In this document: positions 27,726-37,512 of the stretch, piece after piece
How the letters are laid out: each line of letters opens with the position of its first letter
How positions within the stretch are numbered: the stretch's first letter is position 1
Source: an uncultured Bacteroides sp.
GTDB taxonomy: Bacteria; Bacteroidota; Bacteroidia; Bacteroidales; GCA-2748055
Reading direction: 5' to 3'
DNA length: 64,000 bases
Assembly (NCBI GenBank): GCA_964579515.1
Contig: CAZOHA010000003.1
Location: forward strand, 12,346-76,345
Made by a program: the position numbers and the translations under genes
The notes under the pieces: generated by a model
Seen by the model: only the letters and a program-made list of their open reading frames with translations
Told to the model about the DNA's origin: nothing
The model's database searches: none

Positions 27726-28715
27726 ATGAAAATCATCACATGGGCAGCAGTACTATGCTTCACAGGGTCCGCTGCCGTACTCCGTTCCCAGACACTTCCC
27801 GATTTCGATCAGTACCCGCATGTGATCCTTTCCAACGGGAAAGTGGAAATGAAGATATTCCTCCCTGATAAAGAGCAAGGCCTCTACCGGGCCACCCGCT
27901 TCGACTGGTCGGGAGTGATCGGGAGTGTGCATTACAAAGGCCATGAATACTTCGGGTACTGGAAAAATACTCACGATCCCAATTTCCATGAGGATTTGAT
28001 GGGCCCGGTGGAGGGTTATATAGAACCGGGTCCGGGTTATGAAGAGGCCCCACCCGGAGGGAGTTTTATTCGGATCGGGGTGGGAGTGTTGAAGAAGGAG
28101 ATTGAGGCGGAATACGACTGGAGGAAAACCTATGAGATCCTCGACCACGGAACCTGGGAGATCGAACAGGGTGAAGATTGGATCCGCTTTACCCATATCC
28201 TCGAAAGCGATATCGGTTACAGCTACCGGTATACGAAAACAGTACGGCTGAAAGAGGATGGCTTCGTACTGGACCACACCCTGGAAAACACGGGAACCAG
28301 ACCCCTTGAAACCGATCAGTTCAACCACAATTTCTTTATGATCGACGGAGAACCAAGCGGTCCCGCCTTCCGGATCAGCTTCCCGTTCCGCCCCGAAACC
28401 GACGATGATCCCAAGGGTTATGCAAAGCTTACCGGGAACGATCTGGTATTCACCAGGGAGTTGAAAGATGATGCCTTTTTCCTGCTGCTGGAGGGGTACA
28501 GTCAGGACCCGGAGGATCACCGGGTAACCGTCCTGAACCAGAAAACAGGTGCGGGAGTGACTTTCCGCGTCGACAAACCCCTGTACCGCATGGCCTTCTG
28601 GGCCTGCGAAACCACCCTCAGTCCGGAAAACTCCATCTGGCTATCCGTGGATCCGGGGGAGAAAGAATCCTGGACCTCCGATTACACCCTGTTCATACAG
28701 GGCGAATCCAATTAA
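27726..28715 (+). CDS. secreted hypothetical protein
   Basis: Signal peptide and coding-like composition. No family recognised by eye. Confidence 0.5.
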   Translation: MKIITWAAVLCFTGSAAVLRSQTLPDFDQYPHVILSNGKVEMKIFLPDKEQGLYRATRFDWSGVIGSVHYKGHEYFGYWKNTHDPNFHEDLMGPVEGYIEPGPGYEEAPPGGSFIRIGVGVLKKEIEAEYDWRKTYEILDHGTWEIEQGEDWIRFTHILESDIGYSYRYTKTVRLKEDGFVLDHTLENTGTRPLETDQFNHNFFMIDGEPSGPAFRISFPFRPETDDDPKGYAKLTGNDLVFTRELKDDAFFLLLEGYSQDPEDHRVTVLNQKTGAGVTFRVDKPLYRMAFWACETTLSPENSIWLSVDPGEKESWTSDYTLFIQGESN

Positions 28716-30157
28716 TTGCCAGGTGAAAGCGGTACCAGTGTACACGCCCACTTCCCCTGGGCCGAGGGCGGCGAAAGAGTCAGCAGTGTGTTCACCTCCA
28801 CCGTCTCTGGCGCTAGCGCCTCTCCGGAGGTCACGTCGATCCAGGTGAGTTCATAAGAGCCCGGAGATTCTGACAAATCCAGAAACACTGCCCCGCCGCC
28901 GGTGAAATAGAGTCCGCGGGTGCCTTCCCGGGTTCTCATCATATAGGCCTCATTCGCTTCCCGCTCCAGAAGCTCCTCCGTGGCAGGCCGGGAGATCCAT
29001 GGGTCCAAATCCTCCAGAAACCTCCGCATGGCCCTGATAGAGTGGACGGAGAGTTCAGACCATCCCAGTCCGTATTTTCCCTGCTCATTCCTGTGGAACC
29101 TGCTGCTGGCGCACCCTCCCAGGATGTTCCTCCAGAACCGGTCCACCGCCTCCTCATCACTTCCGGGCCAGGTCACCTCTCCGCTCTTGCCGTATATCTT
29201 CACCGCATTGACGGGACGCGGATCCTCCATCAGCCGGTCCCGGATGTATTGCAGATTATCCCAGTTCTCCTGGCCGATTTTTGCCGAATTCTGTGAGGAT
29301 TCAAAATAATCGAACCGATCCGGCGAGGCATAGGAAAAACGGTGCTGGTGGTCCTTCAGGTCGGTGGCCCAGTACATCTCGGTCACACAGGCATTCACCC
29401 CTTTTTCGGCTGCAGCGGAATGAATATAGTCGGCCCAGAACCAGCCCCACAGCTTGCTCTGGGCATGCTGGATCTCATTGGTGATGCAGTAGAGTACATT
29501 GGGCCGGGAAAGAGTGTAAGAAAGTACCTTATCCACGAATTGCTTCTGAAAGGAGAGAACGGTTGTGTCGTTCAGAACACCCGGTACGGTGTTGAAGAAG
29601 GGATGGAAGCCATTGGCACGGGGAGGGACCTGGCGGGAAAGGGAGGTATTGGAATAGTCATAGTTGATATTGTTTCCCGGATTCCACGGGCTGAGGTCCC
29701 ACTGGTCGCCGGGAAAAAAATCGTGGGTGGCCCACAGTTCCACCTGTACGATGATATCCCTCTCCAGGCACCCCTCCAGCAACCCTTCAAACCGCTCCCA
29801 GTACTCCGGGTTCCATCGCTCCAGGTCATACCTCTCCCCCGACCTGGAGAAGGCCCGCACCTCATATCCGTTGACCGGCCGTTCACTCATGGTGTTCCGG
29901 ATGTAATTGGCCCCCACCTCCCGCATCTGGTCCAGGTGGGCTTCCAGCTCCGGAATCTGGAAGAGATTGTCGTCCGAAGAAGCACCGATCATCATTACAG
30001 GTTCCCCTTTGTACTGCCAGTAAAAAGGGTTTTCAAAGTAGGGTCGGATCCGTCCGGCTTCCTCACCCTCAGCCGGGGAATGGGTACAAGAAGACCCCGC
30101 AAAGATGAAAAGCAGAGGGAGGATCCAGTGGATCAGAACTGGTCGATGCATAAGCAA
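28712..30157 (-). CDS. secreted lipoprotein, putative TIM-barrel glycoside hydrolase
   Basis: Lipobox AGSSC. GANYIRNTM, IIVQVELW and CITNEIQH resemble GH clan-A strand-4/strand-7 motifs. This is a weak assignment. Confidence 0.35.
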   Translation of the reverse strand: MLMHRPVLIHWILPLLFIFAGSSCTHSPAEGEEAGRIRPYFENPFYWQYKGEPVMMIGASSDDNLFQIPELEAHLDQMREVGANYIRNTMSERPVNGYEVRAFSRSGERYDLERWNPEYWERFEGLLEGCLERDIIVQVELWATHDFFPGDQWDLSPWNPGNNINYDYSNTSLSRQVPPRANGFHPFFNTVPGVLNDTTVLSFQKQFVDKVLSYTLSRPNVLYCITNEIQHAQSKLWGWFWADYIHSAAAEKGVNACVTEMYWATDLKDHQHRFSYASPDRFDYFESSQNSAKIGQENWDNLQYIRDRLMEDPRPVNAVKIYGKSGEVTWPGSDEEAVDRFWRNILGGCASSRFHRNEQGKYGLGWSELSVHSIRAMRRFLEDLDPWISRPATEELLEREANEAYMMRTREGTRGLYFTGGGAVFLDLSESPGSYELTWIDVTSGEALAPETVEVNTLLTLSPPSAQGKWACTLVPLSPGN

Positions 30158-30340
30158 TATTATTGGTTAAACCGATCATTGATGATTCTGGTTTTAAGGT
30201 AATCAATTGATCCGTTGCTGAACCTGAAACCATAAAAAAAAAGGATATTGAGCGTGAAAAGCATACTGGATGGAAAATGGATCCTGAGATGGGCCAGGGA
30301 AATGCGATAACTGATTTTACCCAATGGTAACCTGTTTATA

Positions 30341-30778
30341 ATGAGAGTTCCCTATATTGTGGATCCGAAGAATCACTCATTTATAAAAATGTCCATGAAT
30401 GCGATCAGAAAAGTGATCCTGCCTCTCCTTGTGGCCACGATCTGGATCAGCATCTCTGAGTTTCTCAGGAATGAATTGTTTTTTAAATCCTACTGGGTCG
30501 AACATTATGAAAGCATGGGACTGATCTTTCCCTCTGAACCGGTGAATGGTGCCATGTGGGGAGTATGGTCCCTGCTTTTCGCCATCGCCATCTTCATCCT
30601 TTTAAAGAAGTTCGGGCTCTGGCAGACCACCCTTCTCTCCTGGTTCGTCGGATTTGTGCTGATGTGGGTGGTGGTTTGGAACCTGGGAGTATTGCCGGTA
30701 CGACTGCTTGTTTTCGCCGTCCCCCTGAGCTTTTTGGAAGCTTTCCTTGCAGCATGGATTATCCGGAAACTGAGTTGA
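30341..30778 (+). CDS. small polytopic membrane protein, unknown function
   Basis: 145 aa with about 4 TM helices. Confidence 0.5.
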   Translation: MRVPYIVDPKNHSFIKMSMNAIRKVILPLLVATIWISISEFLRNELFFKSYWVEHYESMGLIFPSEPVNGAMWGVWSLLFAIAIFILLKKFGLWQTTLLSWFVGFVLMWVVVWNLGVLPVRLLVFAVPLSFLEAFLAAWIIRKLS

Positions 30779-32244
30779 GTCGAGCCCGGAGGCTGTTTCC
30801 CTACCTCTTTTGCGGTATCCTGCTACTGGCTTACCGCCTCTGGGTCAATTTCAGCCATGAGCTTCTGCCGGGGATCAACGGAGGGTATTACCCGCTGCAG
30901 ATCCGGTCGGTAATGGAAAACGGCTCACCCGGGTTCTCCGACATGCCCCTGCTTTTCTATCTGAATGCGTTCCTGGTCCGGGCCTTCTCCCTTTTCTGTG
31001 ACCAGGATACCGGACAGATCATTCTTTTTACTTCCAGGCTGACGGACAGCCTCAGTCTTCCTCTCCTCCTGATCCCGCTCTATCAAATCAGAAAGGACCT
31101 GGCCGGAGGAGCTCTGAGCCCATACAGTGAATGGCTGGTGGTCTCCTTCGCATCTTTGTCGATGTTCCCGCTGATGCTGGTTTCCGAAGCACAAAAGAAT
31201 GCCATGGCTATCCCTATGATGGGATTCTTTCTGCTCTGTTTTCTCAGATTCCTCCGGGTACCCTCCTTCAGATCTGCCCTTGCTCCGGGACTGTTCCTGA
31301 TACTGACCGGCCTGACCCATTTCGGGGTATTCTCCGTAGCCCTCTCCCTTCTCCTGATCGGAATCCTGGTTTTCTTCCGCAAAAGATCGCTGATCTTTAT
31401 TCTACCCATTGCAGCCATGGGTCTCGGGTTGGTCCGGATCTTTGACCCGGAACGGGCAGATAGTGTTCTCTGGCTGGCTTTTACCCTGTTCCGGGGACAT
31501 ATATTCGCAGGAGGTCCCGTCCATCTGCCGGTCATCCTCTACCTGGTTTCCGGTCTGATCTTTATTGTCACCAGTATTTACCTCCTCTACCATAAAAGGT
31601 GCCGCCTGCCGGACTTTGTGCAAAAAACCCTACTGACCCTGCTGACAGGAACATTCATTCTTTCCTTCCCTCTGACGGGAGAGGAATATCTGTTGCGTTT
31701 CAGCCTGATCATGTTTTTTCCCCAGGCGATCTTGCTTATGCTTCTGTTCACCTATCTGAAAGGGCCATCCCTGAGGGTTCTGCAAATATCCATTTCGGCG
31801 ATGGTCATTCTGTCGCTGACCACTTCTCTGGCAGAAAGAAAGAGCCCTGTCCTTTCGGCTGAAGCGGTGGAGGATCTGTACGAACTGAAAGGCCGGATCA
31901 GCGATACCGGCAATGTCCTTGTCATTGCGCGGCATGGTCTGGAATGGTGGGCCGGCTGGATCCTGGAGACCAGTATTGGCCAGGAGAGATCACTGGACGA
32001 AGAGACCTTCAGGAAATACGATAAGGTGATCATCCTGGTCCAGAAGAAGGTGCCGGAAACAGGAAGAATGACCCATCACCGGTTCCCCGAACCCGGATAC
32101 CCTCCCGATGCAGTTCCGCTGTATGAATCAGAACATATCCTGGCTGTAGAACTCGGGAAGGAGCAGTTTCTGAACAGGCCTCCCGAGACATCCCGGCCAC
32201 CAGTGGAAATTATTTTTTCCCGACAGCGACCCAGGCATCCATAG
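30754..32244 (+). CDS. large polytopic membrane protein with C-terminal soluble domain (possibly a GT-C-like glycosyltransferase)
   Basis: The track ORF starts at 30556 inside the previous gene. The first plausible Met is 30754 (MDYPETELSRARRLFPYLFCGILLLAY). It has at least 10 hydrophobic helices and then a ~130-aa hydrophilic tail. Confidence 0.55.
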   Translation: MDYPETELSRARRLFPYLFCGILLLAYRLWVNFSHELLPGINGGYYPLQIRSVMENGSPGFSDMPLLFYLNAFLVRAFSLFCDQDTGQIILFTSRLTDSLSLPLLLIPLYQIRKDLAGGALSPYSEWLVVSFASLSMFPLMLVSEAQKNAMAIPMMGFFLLCFLRFLRVPSFRSALAPGLFLILTGLTHFGVFSVALSLLLIGILVFFRKRSLIFILPIAAMGLGLVRIFDPERADSVLWLAFTLFRGHIFAGGPVHLPVILYLVSGLIFIVTSIYLLYHKRCRLPDFVQKTLLTLLTGTFILSFPLTGEEYLLRFSLIMFFPQAILLMLLFTYLKGPSLRVLQISISAMVILSLTTSLAERKSPVLSAEAVEDLYELKGRISDTGNVLVIARHGLEWWAGWILETSIGQERSLDEETFRKYDKVIILVQKKVPETGRMTHHRFPEPGYPPDAVPLYESEHILAVELGKEQFLNRPPETSRPPVEIIFSRQRPRHP

Positions 32245-32279
32245 ATGAAACTTTTTTTGTTTTACCGTGTTGTAATTGT

Positions 32280-32681
32280 ATGCCGAAGTTGCTCCCGGAA
32301 TTGCCACAAGCATTGAAAACCAGAGTTAAAATCATTCGTGCCGACTCCAAATCAGCCATCAGAAATTGGGTCTGTCTCGTCCTCGGGGTAATCCTCTCTG
32401 GTATTCCGGGGACATTATCCGGCAGCTTCCCTCCGCCCGACACCCTTCACCTGTTCAACGGAGAAGACCTTTCGGGCTGGTACACCTACCTGCAGGAGAG
32501 CGGTAAAAACAACGATCCGGATGGAATAACCAGGACCTTCCACCGGGGAAGGGTCAACTGGTACGGCCGGGATGCAGGATGGGAGGACCGGCTGGGTTTC
32601 AGGGGAGAAAATGACATCGAGTATCCCCGAGACAGTAGACATCATCCCTTTTCAATGAATTCCTCATTAATCAACAGATAG
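32280..32681 (+). pseudogene. possible remnant of a DUF1080 (3-keto-disaccharide hydrolase-like) gene
   Basis: Only the N-terminal signature LHLFNGEDLSGWYTYL is recognisable. The remaining ~70 aa do not resemble the family, and the ORF is about half the normal length. Confidence 0.3.
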
Positions 32682-32686
32682 AAACC

Positions 32687-33616
32687 ATGCAGACCATTCT
32701 AGGTTCAGGAGGAGCCATTGGCCTCCACCTGGCAAAAGCGCTCAGTGAATATACCGAAGAGATCCGGCTCGTTAGCCGGAAACCTGAAAAGGTGAATCCA
32801 GGCGACCTGCTTATGAATGCCGACCTGCTGGACCCGCAGCAGCTGGATATGGCTGTGGAAGAATCTTCGGTGGTATATATTACTATCGGATTCCCGTACA
32901 GCATTAAATTCTGGAGAGACCACTGGCCGCCCTTCATCAGGAACGCCATCGATTCATGCATCAGGCACCAGAGTAAAATGGTGTTCTTTGACAACATCTA
33001 TATGTATGATCCACAATACCTGGATGGGATGACTGAAGAGACTCCCATCCATCCGCCCAGCAAAAAGGGAGAGGTCAGGGCCGAAGTATCCCGCAGGATC
33101 ATGGATGCCATTGAATCCGGAAAACTGACGGCACTGATCGCCAGGGCCGCTGATTTCTACGGCCCCGGCATCCGGAATACAAGCGTTTTAACCGAAACTG
33201 CCTTCAAACCGTTAAGCCGGGAAAAAAAAGCCAACTGGTTCGGTTCGGTGGATTACAGGCACTCCTTTACGTATACACCGGATGCGGGGAAGGCCACCGC
33301 CCTGCTGGGAAATACAGAAGATACCTACAACCAGGTGTGGCACCTTCCTACGGCACCGGATCCATTCACCGGAAAGGAGTGGATCGGAGCCATTGCCCGG
33401 GAGCTGCATGTCAAACCCAGGTACCGGGTAGCCACCAAATCCATGTTGAAATTAATGGGGTTGTTCAGTCCCGTGATGAGGGAGTTCCCGGAAATGATCT
33501 ACCAGTATGACCGGGATTATGTGTTTAACAGCGACAAGTTCAACAAACGTTTCAACTACACACCGGTTTCCTATCCCGATGGGATTAAGGCCATTGTGGC
33601 AGCGGATTACTCCTGA
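32687..33616 (+). CDS. NAD-dependent epimerase/dehydratase-family (extended SDR) protein
   Basis: N-terminal ILGSGGAIGLHLAKAL glycine motif, 309 aa, ADFYGPG segment. Confidence 0.6.
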   Translation: MQTILGSGGAIGLHLAKALSEYTEEIRLVSRKPEKVNPGDLLMNADLLDPQQLDMAVEESSVVYITIGFPYSIKFWRDHWPPFIRNAIDSCIRHQSKMVFFDNIYMYDPQYLDGMTEETPIHPPSKKGEVRAEVSRRIMDAIESGKLTALIARAADFYGPGIRNTSVLTETAFKPLSREKKANWFGSVDYRHSFTYTPDAGKATALLGNTEDTYNQVWHLPTAPDPFTGKEWIGAIARELHVKPRYRVATKSMLKLMGLFSPVMREFPEMIYQYDRDYVFNSDKFNKRFNYTPVSYPDGIKAIVAADYS

Positions 33617-33642
33617 TCACTCCCGGCAGTTCAGCGGTTTCT

Positions 33643-34227
33643 ATGGACAGACTCCTTACAGAGATCGGCCGGTGTACCCTCTGCCAGCCGCACCTCCCTC
33701 ACCGGGTACGTCCCGTGGTGACTGCAAGCCGGAAGAGCCGGATCGTGTTAGTGGGTCAGGCCCCCGGCCGGTTGGTCCATGAATCGGGCATTCCATGGGA
33801 CGACAAGAGCGGCGACCGGCTGAGGGAGTGGATGGGGGTGGATAAAACAGTATTCTACGATCCGTTACAAATTGCCCTGATCCCCATGGGTTTCTGCTAC
33901 CCCGGAAAGGGGACCTCCGGCGACCTGCCTCCCCGGAGGGAATGTGCCCCGCAGTGGCACGCCAGGTTATTGGAGCACATGCCCGGAGTGAAACTGATCA
34001 TCCTGGTGGGGAATTACGCCCAGAACTACTACCTGCAAGACCGGAGTAAAAAAAATCTGACCGAAACCCTCCGGCATTTCAGAGAATACCTGCCGGACTA
34101 TTTTGTCCTTCCCCATTCCTCGCCCCGCAACAACATCTGGCTGCGGAAGAACCCATGGTTCGAAGAAAAGCTGATCCCTGAGCTCCGTGGTTTGGTCTCC
34201 TTGCATATAAACGCGGGAAATCAGTAA
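33643..34227 (+). CDS. uracil-DNA glycosylase superfamily protein
   Basis: VLVGQAPG (motif A-like) and LPHSSPRN (motif B-like). 194 aa. Confidence 0.65.
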   Translation: MDRLLTEIGRCTLCQPHLPHRVRPVVTASRKSRIVLVGQAPGRLVHESGIPWDDKSGDRLREWMGVDKTVFYDPLQIALIPMGFCYPGKGTSGDLPPRRECAPQWHARLLEHMPGVKLIILVGNYAQNYYLQDRSKKNLTETLRHFREYLPDYFVLPHSSPRNNIWLRKNPWFEEKLIPELRGLVSLHINAGNQ

Positions 34228-34300
34228 TGACCGATTCGAGATCCAGTCCTCAGCGGGCCGCCTAAATCGTTATATTTGGGATCGGAGAAATAGTCTGACC

Positions 34301-35173
34301 GTGGTTGCCATCAAGACCTATACCCGTGTGGACCATCACCTCGGATCGGTGAGTTTCCGGATCTCGCGCATGGAGGATATCCATGAGCAGCGCCAGGGTG
34401 AAACCGATGATCCGCACCGGCACGATTACTTTACAGTATTGCTGGTAAAAAAGGCCGGGGGGCTTCATTTGATCGATTTCAATGAATACCCTCTGGCTCC
34501 TCTTCAACTGTTTTTTATCAGTCCCGGCCAGGTGCACCAGGTGATCGAGGAGGAGAAATCCTTCGGTTACGCGATTCTCTTCTCCACGCAGTTCCTGCTG
34601 GAGAATCATATCCCGGTCCAGCTCATTGAAGACCTCAACCTGTTCAACGATCACGGCCACACCCCTCCCCTGCCGCTCGATGCATCGGAATATGCTGTCC
34701 TTTCCTCCTACTGCGAGGAGATGATCAGGCTGAAAGACAGTGATGACAAGTTCCGTGGTCCGGCCATCGGCTCCTGGCTGAAACTCTTCCTTATCAGGAG
34801 CAACAATCTCTGTACCCTGGAAGCGGATAACACGCAGCTTCAGGAAGCGGGCAACACGATCCTGCGGCGTTTCCGGGAGCTGGTGGATCAGCATTATTCC
34901 CGCCAGCATCAGACCCGGTTTTATGCCGATGAACTGAACGTCACTGCCGACCACCTCAACCGGGTCATCAAGTCACTCACAGGCAAGACCTCCAAAGAAT
35001 ACATTCAGTCTCGCATCACCGTGGATGCCAAAAGGCTTCTCTACTTCACCGGCCTTTCGGCCAAGGAGATCGGTTATCAGCTGGGCTTCAGCGAACCGGC
35101 CAACTTCAGCGCATTCTTCAAGAATTGCACCGGAAAATCTCCCACTGAATTTCGCCGCAGTCTTCAGAAATAA
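34301..35173 (+). CDS. AraC-family transcriptional regulator
   Basis: Cupin-like N-domain and a C-terminal double HTH (ADELNVTADHLNRVIK...AKEIGYQLGFSEPANFSAFFKNCTGKSPTEFR). Confidence 0.85.
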   Translation: MVAIKTYTRVDHHLGSVSFRISRMEDIHEQRQGETDDPHRHDYFTVLLVKKAGGLHLIDFNEYPLAPLQLFFISPGQVHQVIEEEKSFGYAILFSTQFLLENHIPVQLIEDLNLFNDHGHTPPLPLDASEYAVLSSYCEEMIRLKDSDDKFRGPAIGSWLKLFLIRSNNLCTLEADNTQLQEAGNTILRRFRELVDQHYSRQHQTRFYADELNVTADHLNRVIKSLTGKTSKEYIQSRITVDAKRLLYFTGLSAKEIGYQLGFSEPANFSAFFKNCTGKSPTEFRRSLQK

Positions 35174-35178
35174 GCAGG

Positions 35179-35213
35179 CCGGAATTTCATATCTCCTCCC
35201 CGGAATTTCATAT
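35179..35213 (+). promoter_or_regulatory. 14-bp direct repeat (x2, 21-bp register) between the AraC gene and pirin: candidate operator
   Basis: CCGGAATTTCATAT occurs at 35179-35192 and again at 35200-35213. A partial inverted copy ATATTCCGG lies at 35220-35228. Confidence 0.4.
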
Positions 35214-35272
35214 TCTCTCATATTCCGGATATCCCGATCTTTGTATCTGAAATATAATCAAGGGAGAGTGTT

Positions 35273-35986
35273 ATGAAAACCATCATTCATAAAGCAGATA
35301 CGAGGGGCCACGCCCATCACGGGTGGCTCGATTCGCATCATACATTCAGTTTTGCACGGTATTACGATCCGGAACGAATGAATTTCGGGGTGCTCCGTGT
35401 ACTGAACGACGACCGGGTGGCCCCCGGAAAGGGGTTCGCGACCCATCCCCACGATAATATGGAAATCATCTCTATTCCGCTGGCAGGGGACCTGGAACAC
35501 AAAGACAGCATGGGAAACACTACCGTGATCAGAGAAGGGGACCTGCAGGTGATGAGTGCGGGCACCGGAGTGTTCCACAGCGAGTACAACAGGAATTCCG
35601 ACCGGGAGGTGAAGTTTCTTCAGATCTGGGTCATTCCGAATAAGAAAAATGTGGAACCGAGGTATGATCAGATTTCGATCCGTGACCTCGCCCAGAAGGA
35701 GAGGTTCTACCAGGTACTCTCACCCGATCCGGAAGAAGAGGGAGTATGGATCCACCAGAATGCCTGGTTCCATATGGGAGATTTCAGCATCGGATCGGAA
35801 GACACCTATTCCCTAAAATTGACAGGAAATGGTGTGTACGCCTTTATGCTGGAGGGAGAAGGAGAGATCAACGGGGAGAAACTGGAAAGAAGGGATGGTA
35901 TGGGCATTTTGGATATCAGCACCTTCCGGTACAAGTCACTCGGCGAATCCAGAATACTGTTGATGGAAGTTCCCCTGGACACATAG
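35273..35986 (+). CDS. pirin-family protein
   Basis: ADTRGHAHHGWLDSHHTFSF and HPHDNMEIISIPLAGDLEHKDSMGN (cupin metal ligands). 237 aa. Confidence 0.9.
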   Translation: MKTIIHKADTRGHAHHGWLDSHHTFSFARYYDPERMNFGVLRVLNDDRVAPGKGFATHPHDNMEIISIPLAGDLEHKDSMGNTTVIREGDLQVMSAGTGVFHSEYNRNSDREVKFLQIWVIPNKKNVEPRYDQISIRDLAQKERFYQVLSPDPEEEGVWIHQNAWFHMGDFSIGSEDTYSLKLTGNGVYAFMLEGEGEINGEKLERRDGMGILDISTFRYKSLGESRILLMEVPLDT

Positions 35987-36019
35987 CCGAAGAATTTATA
36001 CATTTTCATTAAATATAAA

Positions 36020-37108
36020 GGCTATAGTTTAGAATAGCGTTTTATTTTGTATCTTTAAAGAAAAAAGAAAATGGATAAAGCCGAGTTAAAAGCCGCACTT
36101 CTTTCCTTATCTGATCAAGAAAGGTCATCCTTACTGTCAGAGATAGAACATGAGACTAAGTCTGGTTCTTCGATTTTAGATATCCGCCGCAAGCAACTGA
36201 ATAACAAAATAGGTAGCTGTCCTCACTGTGGCAGTAAGAAGTATCGAAAGCATGGCATAGATAAAGGAAGTCAGCGATACTATTGCAACGGATGTAAACG
36301 AACCTTTACTGAATACACTGGTACCTGGCTTTCCGGGATCCATAGAAAGGAATTGGTTGATGATTACCTAAAACTCATGGAGCAAGAACTGAGTTTGGAT
36401 AAAATAAGGGATCACCTGGGTATTAACAAGAAGACGGCTTTTGACTGGAGGCACAAGGTTTTATCTGGCTTGGAAAACGTTGACAAAGGGAGTTTTAAAG
36501 GTATTACAGAAAGTGACGATACCTTCTTCCTGCAATCGTCCAAGGGACGCAAAGTTGAAGATCGCCCACCGAGAAAACGAGGAGGTCCAGCCAGCAAGAA
36601 GGGAATAAGCAATGAACAGGTAGCTGTAATTGTAACTGCTGATCGGGATGCGGAACTGGACTTATCTGTTGCCAGATTTGGTAGAATCAAGAAAATGGAC
36701 ATTGAAAGAGCCATTGGGCAAAGGATCTCGGAGGATACAATCCTATGCAGTGATAGCCATGTCAGTTATAAGGGATTTGCAATTGATAATGAGATTCAAC
36801 ACCATGCAATCCGTGTGGACTTAAAACAATATGTAAAGCAGAAGATATATCACGTACAGCATGTCAATGCGATTGACAGCAGGTTAAAGAAATGGATAGA
36901 ATACCAATTTGGAGGTGTGTCAACCAAGTACCTGCAAAAATACCTTAACTGGTTTAAAGCCAAAGAAAAACTAAAAGGATCAAACGATTTCTTAATGGAG
37001 TTTGCCAACAAATCCCTGGAGGATACTACTGCACGTGATAGATATGAGCAGATAGACCAATGGTATGCAGAGTTAATGCATTTAACAACGCCTAATTAAA
37101 CTATAGCC
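36020..37108 (+). mobile_element. IS1595-family insertion sequence, apparently intact
   Basis: Terminal inverted repeats GGCTATAGTTTA (36020-36031) / TAAACTATAGCC (37097-37108). Flanking 8-bp direct repeat AATATAAA (36012-36019 and 37109-37116). A single transposase ORF. The element is visibly AT-richer than the flanks. Confidence 0.85.
36071..37099 (+). CDS. IS1595-family transposase
   Basis: N-terminal zinc ribbon CPHCGS...YYCNGCKRTF followed by a DDE_Tnp_IS1595-like region (ESDDTFF...VTADRD...). The stop codon lies inside the right IR. Confidence 0.8.
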   Translation: MDKAELKAALLSLSDQERSSLLSEIEHETKSGSSILDIRRKQLNNKIGSCPHCGSKKYRKHGIDKGSQRYYCNGCKRTFTEYTGTWLSGIHRKELVDDYLKLMEQELSLDKIRDHLGINKKTAFDWRHKVLSGLENVDKGSFKGITESDDTFFLQSSKGRKVEDRPPRKRGGPASKKGISNEQVAVIVTADRDAELDLSVARFGRIKKMDIERAIGQRISEDTILCSDSHVSYKGFAIDNEIQHHAIRVDLKQYVKQKIYHVQHVNAIDSRLKKWIEYQFGGVSTKYLQKYLNWFKAKEKLKGSNDFLMEFANKSLEDTTARDRYEQIDQWYAELMHLTTPN

Positions 37109-37126
37109 AATATAAACTATAAGAAG

Positions 37127-37480
37127 ATGGAAACCAGTGCAAAAACCAAATGGGCTGTGGACGCCGCCCACTCAGAAATAGCGTTTAAGGTGAAACACAT
37201 GATGATCTCCACCGTGCGGGGTCACTTCGAAAGCTTTCGTGTGAATGTCGAAACCGACGGGGATGATTTCAGTAATGCTGATGTAACCTTTGAGATGGAT
37301 GTGGATTCGATCCAGACCGGAAACAAGGACCGTGAAAACCACCTCCGGTCGGATGATTTTTTCAATGCCGGCAAATACCCTTTGATCCGGTTTTCCTCCA
37401 CCTCCTTCGACGGGGAGAAGCTGACAGGTGAACTGACCATCAGGGATGTGACCAGAACCACACTCCCGGAGGAACTATGA
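37127..37480 (+). pseudogene. 3'-truncated YceI-like gene
   Basis: KWAVDAAHSEIAFKVKHMMISTVRGHF...HLRSDDFFNAGKYPLIRF...GELTIRDVTR matches the first ~2/3 of YceI domains. The ORF then stops at 117 aa, with no continuation in any frame before the convergent gene at 37513. Confidence 0.55.
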
Positions 37481-37512
37481 TGCCGGGGCCTGGTTGTAAT
37501 GGAAAAAATTCC

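Noticed and set aside
30556-30753. N-terminal 66-aa extension of the large membrane protein as given by the track
   Set aside because: The extension lies wholly inside the preceding 145-aa membrane-protein gene in another frame and is Arg/Pro/Gly-rich. The first Met followed by a TM helix is at 30754.
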